Shown in pieces: positions 27,076 to 36,357 of a stretch of 48,028 nucleotides of DNA (position 1 is its first letter; each line of letters opens with the position of its first letter). The DNA is from Chitinophagaceae bacterium (GTDB lineage Bacteria; Bacteroidota; Bacteroidia; Chitinophagales; Chitinophagaceae): positions 1-48,028 of the forward strand of contig JANWKA010000138.1 in NCBI GenBank assembly GCA_025451655.1, written 5' to 3'. The notes beneath the pieces are model-generated. The model was not told where the DNA came from, did no database searches, and saw nothing but the letters and a program-made list of their open reading frames with translations. A program made the translations under genes and the position numbers.

Positions 27076-28173
27076 ATGGTCACGGAACAGCAGGTATTGC
27101 AGGCCCTTTCCCGGGTGCAGGAGCCAGACCTGAAAAAGGATCTGGTCACCCTTGGCATGGTCCGCGATATCCGCATCGCCCAGGATGATTTGTCGTTCAC
27201 TGTGGTCCTGACCACCCCGGCCTGCCCCCTGAAGGAACTCATCCGAAACAAATGCATCCAGGCGATCCATGAAAACCTGGGGGATACCCTTACCGTCCGG
27301 GTAAGTCTGGTCTCCCGGGTGAACAGCGCCCGCCAGGGTCCTTCGACCGTATTGCCCGGGGTGAAAAACATCATTGCCGTAGCTTCAGGAAAGGGCGGGG
27401 TGGGGAAGTCCACCGTTGCAGCCAATCTCGCCCTGGCACTCGCCCAGGATGGAGCGTCCACCGGTTTGATGGATGCAGACATATACGGCCCGAGCGTACC
27501 CATGCTGTTCGGGGTCCGGGGACAAAGGCCGAAGATGACCCAGTCAGGGGGCAAGCCCAGAATCATTCCCCTGGACCGGTTCGGGATCCGGCTGCTTTCC
27601 ATCGGACTGATGGTGGATGAAAACCAGGCCGTGGTCTGGAGAGGGCCCATGGCCAGCAGTGCCCTGAGGCAATTTGTCTCCGACGTGGACTGGGGGGCCC
27701 TGGACTATCTGATCATCGACCTTCCCCCGGGAACGGGAGATATCCATCTTACCCTGGTCCAGACGGTTCCCGTAACCGGGGCAGTGATCGTAACCACACC
27801 CCAACCCGTCGCGCTGGCCGATGCCCGAAAGGGGATCGCCATGTTCAGCACCGGAGCGATCCGGGTGCCGGTCCTGGGCCTGGTGGAAAACATGGCCTAT
27901 TTTTCTCCTCCGGAGCACCCGGCGGAGCGCTATTACCTGTTCGGAAAAGAAGGCGGAAAACAATTGGCCGAAGAACTTGAAATTCCCCTGCTGGGACAGA
28001 TCCCGTTCGTTCAGGGCATCCGGGAGGGCGGAGATCTGGGCGTTCCGGCAATGATGGGAGATGACCCCATATCCAGGCGGGCCTTCAGTGATTTCGCCGG
28101 AAAAGTGGCCCAGCAGGTCGCGATCCGGAATGCCCGCATGGCTCCCACCCAGGTCGTTGAAACAGCCCGCTGA
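27076..28173 (+). CDS. apbC: Mrp/NBP35-family Fe-S cluster carrier ATPase
   Basis: N-terminal DUF59-like region. Deviant Walker A ASGKGGVGKST. DLPPGTGD and the CPxC-less Mrp core. Confidence 0.9.
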   Translation: MVTEQQVLQALSRVQEPDLKKDLVTLGMVRDIRIAQDDLSFTVVLTTPACPLKELIRNKCIQAIHENLGDTLTVRVSLVSRVNSARQGPSTVLPGVKNIIAVASGKGGVGKSTVAANLALALAQDGASTGLMDADIYGPSVPMLFGVRGQRPKMTQSGGKPRIIPLDRFGIRLLSIGLMVDENQAVVWRGPMASSALRQFVSDVDWGALDYLIIDLPPGTGDIHLTLVQTVPVTGAVIVTTPQPVALADARKGIAMFSTGAIRVPVLGLVENMAYFSPPEHPAERYYLFGKEGGKQLAEELEIPLLGQIPFVQGIREGGDLGVPAMMGDDPISRRAFSDFAGKVAQQVAIRNARMAPTQVVETAR

Positions 28174-28175
28174 CT

Positions 28176-28811
28176 ATGTATGTCCGTCCATATCACCAGG
28201 AAACAGACCCCGGGGTCATCCTGGATTTCATCCGGCAAAACCCTTTCGCCACGCTGGTTTCCGGATCCGGAAGCGGATACCCGCAGGCCAGTCATATCCC
28301 CATGGAACTGATCGGGGAGCCTGGGGGAGTTCTCCAGCTCATGGGACACCTGGCCAATGCCAACCCCCAGTTGGCTTCCCTTCGGGATTTTCCTTCCGTG
28401 CTGGCCATTTTCCTGGGCCCGGACAGCTATATTTCCGCCGGGTGGTACCCGGTTCCGGAAGTGGCCTCCACCTGGAATTACCTGGCTGTCCATGCCCAGG
28501 GAAGGATCTCCATCGTGGATTCCTCCACGACCCTGGAACATCTCAAAAGACTCACCCACCGCCATGAAAAGGGCCGGAAGGAACCCATGAGCGTAGACCG
28601 GATGGGGGAGGATTACCTCCAGAAAAACCTTTCGGCCATCACCGGGTTCCGCATCGAGGTTGAAAAGCTGGAAAATACCTATAAGCTCAGCCAGAACCAG
28701 AATGCCCAGACCCGCCGCCAGGTGATCGCGGAGCTGGAGCAGAGCCGAGACCCCGGCGCCTTGCAGATCGCTCGGGAAATGAACCGCAGGACCCCGGAAC
28801 GGGACCTTTAA
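28176..28811 (+). CDS. paiB: FMN-binding negative transcriptional regulator (PaiB family)
   Basis: MYVRPYHQETDPGVILDFIRQNPFATLVS and the C-terminal KLSQNQ motif are typical of PaiB. Confidence 0.75.
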   Translation: MYVRPYHQETDPGVILDFIRQNPFATLVSGSGSGYPQASHIPMELIGEPGGVLQLMGHLANANPQLASLRDFPSVLAIFLGPDSYISAGWYPVPEVASTWNYLAVHAQGRISIVDSSTTLEHLKRLTHRHEKGRKEPMSVDRMGEDYLQKNLSAITGFRIEVEKLENTYKLSQNQNAQTRRQVIAELEQSRDPGALQIAREMNRRTPERDL

Positions 28812-28822
28812 ATCATGCAGCC

Positions 28823-29119
28823 ATGGAGCCCATCGTCAATATTGCCCTGCAAATCCTTCCCTCCGCGCCAGGTAAAAATTCCTATGAACTCGTGGACAGA
28901 GCTATCGAAATCATCCGCGACTCCGGGGTGACTTACCGGGTCTGTCCTTTCGAAACCGTGATGGAGGGCCATTATCAGGAGCTGATGGAAGTTGCGGAAA
29001 AGGCTCAGGAGGCCTGTTTCGCCCAGGGTGCGGAGGAGATGCTGGTCTTTATCAAGATCCAGCGGCGCAGGGGAAGGGATGTGACCATCGGGGACAAGAT
29101 GGAAAAATACGGTGGATGA
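28823..29119 (+). CDS. MTH1187/YkoF-like (DUF77) small thiamine-binding-fold protein
   Basis: 98 aa. The pattern VNIALQILPS...YRVCPFETVMEG matches this family as I recall it. Confidence 0.6.
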   Translation: MEPIVNIALQILPSAPGKNSYELVDRAIEIIRDSGVTYRVCPFETVMEGHYQELMEVAEKAQEACFAQGAEEMLVFIKIQRRRGRDVTIGDKMEKYGG

Positions 29120-29168
29120 GCGCCGGGATCCCGATGCAATCGACTGATTCAATCCTGATTTCTATATC

Positions 29169-29975
29169 ATGACCCTCGATTCCCTGGTGCAACTGATCCG
29201 AAGCCGGAAGTCCTGCCTGATCGTGGGTCTGGACACCGAAGTCGAAAAGCTGCCCGGCCATTTAAAAAAAGCTCCGGACGGCGCCCTGTATTTCAACCAG
29301 CAAATCATCGATGCCACGGCAGACCTTTGCGTGGGATACAAAATCAATACTGCATTTTATGAAAGCAGGGGTATCCCCGGATGGGATTGCCTGGAAAAAA
29401 CGCTCCGGCACATTCCGGAAGGCATGCTGCGGATCGCCGATGCCAAAAGAGGCGATATCGGCAACAGTTCCAGGCATTATGCCCGGGCTTTCTTTGGAAC
29501 TTATGCTTTCGACGCGGTCACGGTCTCTCCCTACATGGGTGCCGACAGCATTGAACCTTTCCTGGATTACCCGGGAAAATGGACCATTCTTCTGGGGCTC
29601 ACCTCGAATTCCGGTAGCCGGGATTTCCAGCTGAAGGAATGCGCCAGCGGGCCGCTATACCTTGAAGTGATCCGGAAAGCCACCGGCTGGGGCAGCCCGG
29701 ACCAGTTGATGTTTGTGGCCGGAGCCACCCATCCGGTCCAGGTGGGAAAGATCCGGGAGGCGGCTCCCGATTATTTCCTGCTGATTCCTGGCATCGGGGC
29801 CCAGGGAGGGGATATCGAAAAGATCTCGAGGTTCGGAAGGAACCGTAACGGAGGGTTGCTATTCAATGTGTCCCGGAATATTATCTATGCCAGCGACGGC
29901 AGGGATTTCGGGGAACGTGCCCGTGAAGTGGCCCAGGGATATGTAAATCAGATGGGGCATTCCCTTCCGGAATGA
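29169..29975 (+). CDS. pyrF: Orotidine-5'-phosphate decarboxylase (type 2)
   Basis: LIVGLDT...; catalytic DAKRGDIGNS; PGIGAQGG near the C-terminus. Confidence 0.88.
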   Translation: MTLDSLVQLIRSRKSCLIVGLDTEVEKLPGHLKKAPDGALYFNQQIIDATADLCVGYKINTAFYESRGIPGWDCLEKTLRHIPEGMLRIADAKRGDIGNSSRHYARAFFGTYAFDAVTVSPYMGADSIEPFLDYPGKWTILLGLTSNSGSRDFQLKECASGPLYLEVIRKATGWGSPDQLMFVAGATHPVQVGKIREAAPDYFLLIPGIGAQGGDIEKISRFGRNRNGGLLFNVSRNIIYASDGRDFGERAREVAQGYVNQMGHSLPE

Positions 29976-30027
29976 GGACCCGGCAGGGAATTCCGTAATT
30001 TGATCACCGCACCAAGGAACACAGGAT

Positions 30028-31206
30028 ATGGCTCAGGACTTGTTTGAATCCCCGGATTATTTCCTGGTGGATGAATTGCTGACCGAAGAACACCGGATGA
30101 TCCGGGGCCTGGTCCGCCAATGGGTCAAAAAAGAGGTCAGCCCGATCATCGAGGAGGCCTGCCAGAATGCCGTTTTCCCCAAACAGCTGATTCCCGGCCT
30201 GGCGAAACTGGGATGTTTTGGTCCCACGATCCCCGAAGCCTATGGTGGTGCCGGCCTGGACCAGATCGCCTATGGACTGATGATGCAGGAACTGGAGCGA
30301 GGGGACAGCGGGCTGCGCTCCACGGCTTCCGTCCAGGGTTCCCTGGTCATGTTTCCCATCTTCAGCTACGGCAGCGAACAGCAAAAGCAGAAGTATCTTC
30401 CGGGCCTGGCCCAGGGAGTCCGGATGGGCTGTTTCGGTCTGACCGAACCCGATCACGGATCCAACCCCGCCGGAATGCAGAGCCATTTCACCCCGGATGG
30501 AGACTGGGTGATCCTGAGCGGGTCCAAAATGTGGATTTCCAACGCCCCTTTCGCTGACCTTGCGGTGGTCTGGGCCAAAGATGAATCCGGGGAGATCCGT
30601 GGCCTGATCCTGGAACGGGGTATGCCCGGATTTTCAACACCTGAGACCAAGGGCAAATGGAGCCTTCGTGCCTCGGCAACCGGAGAACTGGTATTTGACC
30701 AGGTTCGGGTGCCGAAGGAAAATATCCTTCCCGGGGTGAAAGGTCTCAAAGGCCCCCTGAGCTGTCTGGACAGCGCCCGGTACGGCATCGCCTGGGGCAC
30801 CATCGGGGCGGCCATGGATTGTTACGACACGGCCCTTCGGTATGCCCGGGAAAGGTCCCAGTTCGGCAAACCCATCGGAGGATTCCAGCTGATCCAGAAG
30901 AAACTTGCGGAGATGATCACCTCCATTACCATGGCCCAGTTGATGAACTGGAGGCTGGGCTCTCTGAAGAATGAGGGCAGGGCGACGGCAGCGCAGATCT
31001 CCATGGCCAAAAGAAACGGGTGTCAGACGGCAGCCCAGGTAGCGCGGGATGCCCGCCAGATCCTCGCTGCAATGGGCATCACCGGGGAATTCCCGGTGAT
31101 GCGGCATATGATGAATATGGAAAGCGTGATGACCTATGAGGGCACCCATGAAATCCATCTGTTGATCACGGGAATGGACATTACCGGGATCAATGCATTC
31201 ACCTGA
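30028..31206 (+). CDS. Acyl-CoA dehydrogenase (glutaryl-CoA dehydrogenase-like)
   Basis: GCFGLTEPDHGSNPAGMQS, WISNAP and the C-terminal YEGTHEIH motifs of the ACAD family. Confidence 0.9.
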   Translation: MAQDLFESPDYFLVDELLTEEHRMIRGLVRQWVKKEVSPIIEEACQNAVFPKQLIPGLAKLGCFGPTIPEAYGGAGLDQIAYGLMMQELERGDSGLRSTASVQGSLVMFPIFSYGSEQQKQKYLPGLAQGVRMGCFGLTEPDHGSNPAGMQSHFTPDGDWVILSGSKMWISNAPFADLAVVWAKDESGEIRGLILERGMPGFSTPETKGKWSLRASATGELVFDQVRVPKENILPGVKGLKGPLSCLDSARYGIAWGTIGAAMDCYDTALRYARERSQFGKPIGGFQLIQKKLAEMITSITMAQLMNWRLGSLKNEGRATAAQISMAKRNGCQTAAQVARDARQILAAMGITGEFPVMRHMMNMESVMTYEGTHEIHLLITGMDITGINAFT

Positions 31207-31223
31207 AATAGGCTTCCGGGATC

Positions 31224-31733
31224 ATGACGAAAAAAGTCTACCTGCTGGGTTTCATGGGTTCCGGGAAGACCTACTGGGGGGCCCGCTTATCCGAAAGACT
31301 GGGATTCCCCTACATTGACCTGGATGCGGCCCTGGTGGACCAGGAAGGCCTTACCGTGGCCAGGATATTCGAGTCCCGTGGAGAAACCTATTTCCGCCAG
31401 GTGGAAAGGGACCTGCTTCGTCGTCTTTCTGCAGGGGAATCCTTTGTCATGTCCTGCGGAGGCGGAACGCCCTGCTTTTTTGATAATATGGAATTCATGA
31501 AAGGGCAGGGCGCCACCATTTGGCTCGATCCAGGCCTGGAGCAACTGCTGGAAAGAATCCAGCGGAAAAAATCCAAAAGGCCCCTGGTGGCCTCTCTTTC
31601 CGGGGATGCCCTCCGCGAGTACGTGGTTTCCAAACTGGAAGAACGAAAGCCATTTTACAGCAGGGCAGCACACCGGGTGGATCCGGACCAGATGAATCCT
31701 GAAACCTTCACCGAACTTCTGGGTCATGCGTAA
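31224..31733 (+). CDS. aroK: Shikimate kinase
   Basis: P-loop GFMGSGKTYWG, DLD, and the GGG lid motif (SCGGGTPCF). Confidence 0.9.
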   Translation: MTKKVYLLGFMGSGKTYWGARLSERLGFPYIDLDAALVDQEGLTVARIFESRGETYFRQVERDLLRRLSAGESFVMSCGGGTPCFFDNMEFMKGQGATIWLDPGLEQLLERIQRKKSKRPLVASLSGDALREYVVSKLEERKPFYSRAAHRVDPDQMNPETFTELLGHA

Positions 31734-32130
31734 ATCCTTCCTGGTCCAGGCTGCCATCCTTGGAGCCCTTGCTGTTATCGCAGGCGCTTTTGGAGCCCAT
31801 GGTCTGAAATCCCTGGCAACCGCCGGTGAGCTGGAGATTTTTGAAACCGCGGTGCGTTACCAGTTCCTCCATGTTTTTGCCCTGGTTACCGCAGGAATCC
31901 TTTACCGGGAATTTCCTGGCCGGTGGATGTTGTTTTCCGGAAGATGCTTTTTCTACGGGATCCTTCTTTTTTCAGGATCCCTCTATCTGATCACCGGTCT
32001 GGAATTAAAAGCAGTTTCCATTCCCGTACTGGTCGGGATCCTCACCCCTATCGGAGGCTTGTTGCTGATTGCCGGATGGATCCTGGTGGCCATCGCCCTG
32101 ATACGCTCCGGGGGCAGGTCTAGCCACTGA
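31726..32130 (+). CDS. DUF423 domain membrane protein
   Basis: 134 aa with four helices. GAFGAHGLK motif. Overlaps the aroK end by 8 nt. Confidence 0.78.
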   Translation: MRKSFLVQAAILGALAVIAGAFGAHGLKSLATAGELEIFETAVRYQFLHVFALVTAGILYREFPGRWMLFSGRCFFYGILLFSGSLYLITGLELKAVSIPVLVGILTPIGGLLLIAGWILVAIALIRSGGRSSH

Positions 32131-32656
32131 CCAGTCCAGCCACCATAAAATACACCCCGCCCAGGGCAATCAGGATGCTGATGATCCAGAGTCCTTTTTT
32201 GCGCACCAGGATGGAAATGGCTGAAATCGCAATGGCGACCTGGAAAAAGGTGACTGCCTTGGAAATGATCAGGTGGACATGGAGATGGTGTTCTGCGGAT
32301 TGTTGTTGCTCCAGGGCTTTTTTACTGATACCGGCTTGCTGGAGGCCATAACGGTTCAGGTTGTTGACCGCGAAACTGTCGGGGGGTTTTCCCAGGGCTT
32401 TCATCTGATCCATGCTGAGCCTGGCGATCTCTGCCTTGATCCCCTTGGCCTGATAATAGTTCCATTGGTCTGAGGAACGGATTTGGTCGATCACGGCTTC
32501 ATTGGCATGGTGGCCGGCTATCAGGGCTGTGATTGCGGCGAGAACGGCCATCAGGGCAGTGGAAACCGCCACACCCATGCCCCATCGGCCTCCCTCCCGG
32601 GAATGCTCCCCGATCTGCTCGTGGAGGGATTCGGTTGGAACTTCCATTTCTTCCAT
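32120..32656 (-). CDS. DUF4337 domain protein
   Basis: SDQWNYYQAKGIKAEI motif and a C-terminal TM pair. Start is trimmed to MEEMEVPTESLHE. Confidence 0.65.
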   Translation of the reverse strand: MEEMEVPTESLHEQIGEHSREGGRWGMGVAVSTALMAVLAAITALIAGHHANEAVIDQIRSSDQWNYYQAKGIKAEIARLSMDQMKALGKPPDSFAVNNLNRYGLQQAGISKKALEQQQSAEHHLHVHLIISKAVTFFQVAIAISAISILVRKKGLWIISILIALGGVYFMVAGLVSG

Positions 32657-32786
32657 AAATCCCGGGTTAACGGTTAAAAGTAGGGTTTTTCTTTTTTGGA
32701 TGCATCCTCCCTGAGGTAACCTTTCCGGACCCCGCTGCAAACCTTTTTTTCAAGGCCAATCGTTCTGTATCTTCGCCCTTTGACCT

Positions 32787-35255
32787 ATGGCCCATGACCC
32801 ATCCAAGTCCGCTCCACGGGGGAAAAAAAGAATGAAGCGCTCCAAGGCGAATCCCGACACCCTGAGCCCGGACCTGAAACCCTCGGTGACCCTGCGGCAG
32901 TTTGTCCGGGATGAACGGACCCACAAGGTAACCGGGGTCCTGCTCCTGCTGATTGCGGTCTATCTTTTTATCGGGTTCACCTCCTATCTGTTCACCTGGA
33001 AGGAAGACCAGGCCCGGGTATTCGACCTCTCCTTCCGCATGCTTTTCACCAGGCAGGTAGCCGTAGATAACCTCCTGGGTATGCTGGGAGCCTTTCTTTC
33101 CCATCTGTTCTTTTACAAGGGGATCGGCATCGCCTCCTATTATTTCTGTTACCTTTTTTTCATTCTGGGAATCAACCAGATCAGCGGAAAAAGGATATTC
33201 AGGGTCTGGCGCAATATCCGTTATATCGTTTTCGGCGTGCTGTTTACCTCCACCCTGCTGGCCTTCCTGCTTCGCAGGGCCGGGTTTCCCGCAGGAGGAG
33301 CGATGGGCAATATGATCAGCGATTACCTGGAAAGCTTCCTGGGGAGACTCGGGACCAGCCTGCTGCTCGGGGCGGCCGGCGCCGCCTTCCTGATCTGGAG
33401 GTTCAACCTGGCCCTGAGGATCCCGAAGCGGGAAACCGCACCAGGAGATGGTCCCAAATTATTCCTGGAGGAGGATGCCCCCCTGGAACCGGAGGAAGAA
33501 GAACCCCTGCCCAGGGAAATCACTTACCTGCCGGACCCCGACCTGGATCAGGCTCACCTCGATTTGACCCTGGTTGAAAAAGCCCCCTCCCAGGAATACC
33601 CGGACCCCCGCTACCCGGCCCGTGGCGTTCCGGCCGCCACCGGGAAGCGGAAAGAACAGACTGCCGCGATCCCCCTGGAGATCCTGGAAAAACAGGGGCC
33701 GGGGGAACCCTCGCCGATGGCCCGGGAGGACCGGCCCCCTTCGGCCCAGGATCCCTATGAGCCCACACTCGACCTGAAAAGCTACCGGTACCCCCCGCTG
33801 GACCTGCTGGAAAACCATGGGAGTGACCGGATCGTGCAGGATACCGAAGAACTGGAAAACAACAAGGTTCAGATCATCACCACCCTGGGCAATTATGACA
33901 TTGCAATCCAGAAGATCAGTGCCACCGTTGGACCTACCGTAACCTTATATGAGATCGTCCCTGCGGCAGGGGTCCGGATTTCCAGGATCAAGAACCTGGA
34001 AGATGATATCGCCCTCAGCCTGGCGGCCCTTGGAATCCGGATCATTGCCCCCATTCCCGGTAAGGGAACCATTGGAATCGAGGTGCCCAATGTGCGCAAG
34101 ACCATCGTCTCCATGAGGACCCTGCTTTCCTCCGACCGGTTCCAGCAAAGCAAAATGAGCCTCCCGATCGCCATCGGCAAAAGGATCGACAATGAAAACT
34201 TCATTGTGGACCTGACCACCATGCCCCACCTGCTCATGGCCGGAGCCACCGGCCAGGGAAAATCCGTGGGCATCAATGCCATCCTGGTTTCCCTGCTTTA
34301 CAAAAAGCACCCCTCCCAGCACAAGCTGGTCCTGGTGGATCCCAAAAAGGTGGAACTTTCCCTTTACAAGGTGATCGAAAAGCATTTCCTGGCCAAATTG
34401 CCCGGAGAGGAGGACGCGATCATCACCGACACCAAAAAAGTGATCTATACCCTCAATGCCCTTTGCATTGAAATGGATATCCGGTATGACCTGCTGAAAG
34501 AAGCTGGAACCCGCAACATCCGGGAATATAACGAGAAGTTCATCCACCGGAGGCTGAGCCCGGAGAAAGGCCACCGGTACCTCCCCTTCATCGTGCTGGT
34601 GATCGATGAGTTCGCGGACCTGATCATGACCGCCGGAAAAGAGATTGAAATGCCACTTGCCCGGCTGGCGCAGCTGGCGAGGGCGGTGGGGATCCACCTG
34701 ATCATTGCCACCCAGCGTCCTTCCGTGAATATCATCACCGGAACGATCAAGGCGAATTTCCCCTGCCGGATCGCCTTCAAGGTGAGCTCCAAGGTGGATT
34801 CCCGGACAATCCTGGATTCAGGAGGATCCGAGCAGCTGATCGGAAAGGGAGACATGCTCATCGCCTATAATGGGGACCTGGTTCGGCTCCAGTGCGCCTT
34901 TGTGGATACCCCGGAAGTGGAACGCGTGGTGGATTTTATCGGAGCCCAGCAGGGGTACCCCGAGCCTTACCTGCTCCCCGAGTACATTGATGAAAAGGAC
35001 CCTGAATGGAGGGACCTGACCATGCAGGAAAGGGATCCCCTCTTTGGAGATGCCGCCCGCGTGATTGTCCAGACCCAGTATGGCTCCACCTCCATGCTTC
35101 AAAGAAGGCTGAAGCTGGGATATAACCGGGCAGGAAGGCTGATGGACCAGCTGGAATCCGCGGGGATCGTGGGGCCGGGCCAGGGCAGCAAGCCTCGGGA
35201 TGTCCTGGTCAAAACGGAATCAGAACTGGGTGGTTACCTTGGGGATTTGTCCTGA
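32787..35255 (+). CDS. ftsK: DNA translocase FtsK
   Basis: N-terminal TM helices and a Pro/Glu-rich linker. Motor domain has Walker A AGATGQGKSVGINA and Walker B VLVIDEFADL. C-terminal gamma (winged-helix) domain is STSMLQRRLKLGYNRAGRLMDQLE. Confidence 0.95.
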   Translation: MAHDPSKSAPRGKKRMKRSKANPDTLSPDLKPSVTLRQFVRDERTHKVTGVLLLLIAVYLFIGFTSYLFTWKEDQARVFDLSFRMLFTRQVAVDNLLGMLGAFLSHLFFYKGIGIASYYFCYLFFILGINQISGKRIFRVWRNIRYIVFGVLFTSTLLAFLLRRAGFPAGGAMGNMISDYLESFLGRLGTSLLLGAAGAAFLIWRFNLALRIPKRETAPGDGPKLFLEEDAPLEPEEEEPLPREITYLPDPDLDQAHLDLTLVEKAPSQEYPDPRYPARGVPAATGKRKEQTAAIPLEILEKQGPGEPSPMAREDRPPSAQDPYEPTLDLKSYRYPPLDLLENHGSDRIVQDTEELENNKVQIITTLGNYDIAIQKISATVGPTVTLYEIVPAAGVRISRIKNLEDDIALSLAALGIRIIAPIPGKGTIGIEVPNVRKTIVSMRTLLSSDRFQQSKMSLPIAIGKRIDNENFIVDLTTMPHLLMAGATGQGKSVGINAILVSLLYKKHPSQHKLVLVDPKKVELSLYKVIEKHFLAKLPGEEDAIITDTKKVIYTLNALCIEMDIRYDLLKEAGTRNIREYNEKFIHRRLSPEKGHRYLPFIVLVIDEFADLIMTAGKEIEMPLARLAQLARAVGIHLIIATQRPSVNIITGTIKANFPCRIAFKVSSKVDSRTILDSGGSEQLIGKGDMLIAYNGDLVRLQCAFVDTPEVERVVDFIGAQQGYPEPYLLPEYIDEKDPEWRDLTMQERDPLFGDAARVIVQTQYGSTSMLQRRLKLGYNRAGRLMDQLESAGIVGPGQGSKPRDVLVKTESELGGYLGDLS

Positions 35256-35304
35256 ATGTTCAGGCCACCCAAAACGGTATGGATAGTGCAAGATTTTTGA
35301 AACC

Positions 35305-35973
35305 ATGAAAAGCGGCATCACCTTCGGACTTTTGCTGGCCCTGGCCAGTACGCCCTGCCTGGCCCAGCAGAAACCCTCCTATGAGCAGAATGACCCTGCC
35401 GCCAAATCCTTGCTGGATGGAGTGAGCCGGGCTTACAAATCCTATCATTCGGTCAGCGCGGATTTCATCCTGAAAGTTCTTGGTCCAGACCTGAAACCGG
35501 TGGATTCCAAAAAAGGCTCCATCATTCTTCAGGGAACCCGGTACCGCATCACCCTGGACGACCAGGAACTTTACTGCGACGGGAAAACAACCTGGACCTA
35601 TACCCGGGATGCCAACGAGGTGCAGGTAAACAACTATGAGGCGGACAACGGCACGATTACCCCATCCAGGCTGTTCACCAATTTCTACGACCGGGAATTC
35701 CTGTACCGGCTGAGCGGGACCATCGTTTTCAAGGGAAAAAAGCTGGACGAGGTTGAGATGACTCCCATGGACAAATCCAGGCCCTTTTTTAAAGTAAATG
35801 TCGACGTGGATCCAGGCAGGCATCTCATCTCAAGGGCAGTGGTATTCGATAAAAGCGGAAACAGGTACACCTACCAGGTAACCCATTTCAAACCGAATGT
35901 CCCGGTGAACGATACCCTGTTCACTTTTCAACCCTCCTCACACCCGCATGTTGAAGTGGTGGATCTCCGGTAA
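35305..35973 (+). CDS. lolA: Outer-membrane lipoprotein carrier protein LolA-like
   Basis: Signal peptide MKSGITFGLLLALASTPCLAQ. LolA-like pattern (SADFILKV..., KGSIILQGTRYRI, TWTY...EVQVN). 222 aa. Confidence 0.72.
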   Translation: MKSGITFGLLLALASTPCLAQQKPSYEQNDPAAKSLLDGVSRAYKSYHSVSADFILKVLGPDLKPVDSKKGSIILQGTRYRITLDDQELYCDGKTTWTYTRDANEVQVNNYEADNGTITPSRLFTNFYDREFLYRLSGTIVFKGKKLDEVEMTPMDKSRPFFKVNVDVDPGRHLISRAVVFDKSGNRYTYQVTHFKPNVPVNDTLFTFQPSSHPHVEVVDLR

Positions 35974-35989
35974 GGCGGCCTTCAGCAGG

Positions 35990-36300
35990 TGTATTTATTT
36001 AAACTGATTATTTTATGATAAAAACGGTATTTTATTTGCCTATATAATTCATTTAATCAGATCTTTGATATATCAATAACTTATATTCATTATATACATC
36101 ATACTATAAATCGGTTATATAGTATTGTGATTAATTATTATATAAAAAAACATTAGCCTATATCCTTCTTATAATCCATTTAATCAAGTCTTTTTATTTT
36201 TTTCCTAAAAAACATATTAAAATTTAATTAATACTACAATCCGGAAATATATCATTATAAATAATTTTTATATTAAAAAATGATTATATTATCAGTCGGA
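35990..36300. other. Extremely AT-rich non-coding island
   Basis: I hand-counted 54 G+C in the 300 nt 36001..36300 (about 18%). A sampled flanking coding line is about 55%. There is no ORF of at least 60 aa on either strand. Confidence 0.9.
36038..36195 (+). repeat. Imperfect direct repeat (two copies about 118 bp apart) inside the AT-rich island
   Basis: Copy 1 (36038..36066) is GCCTATATAATTCATTTAATCAGATCTTT. Copy 2 (36156..36195) is GCCTATATCCTTCTTATAATCCATTTAATCAAGTCTTTTT. Shared blocks are GCCTATAT and CATTTAATCA (36050..36059 and 36177..36186). A perfect palindrome TGATATATCA lies at 36066..36075 and a near-palindrome TGATTATATTATCA at 36281..36294. Confidence 0.6.
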
Positions 36301-36330
36301 ACCCCGGCTTGTCCACAGAAACCGATTCTT

Positions 36331-36338
36331 TACCTTTG
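36331..36338 (+). promoter_or_regulatory. Candidate -7 promoter box (TACCTTTG) for lpdA
   Basis: TAnnTTTG match 20 nt upstream of ATG 36358. Confidence 0.4.
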
Positions 36339-36357
36339 TCCATCTTAAAAAGAGCTC

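Noticed and set aside
32120-32130. An 11-nt overlap of the convergent 3' ends of the DUF423 and DUF4337 genes. The stops at 20596/20601 and 5883/5893 are also nearly touching.
   Set aside because: Tail-to-tail crowding is common in compact bacterial genomes. I see no structural element or evidence of regulatory antisense function.
35974-36357. The AT-rich island as a chromosomal replication origin.
   Set aside because: There is only one DnaA-box-like 9-mer (TTGTCCACA, one mismatch) and no dnaA, dnaN or box cluster nearby. I cannot support an oriC call. It is kept as an open finding for other reasons.
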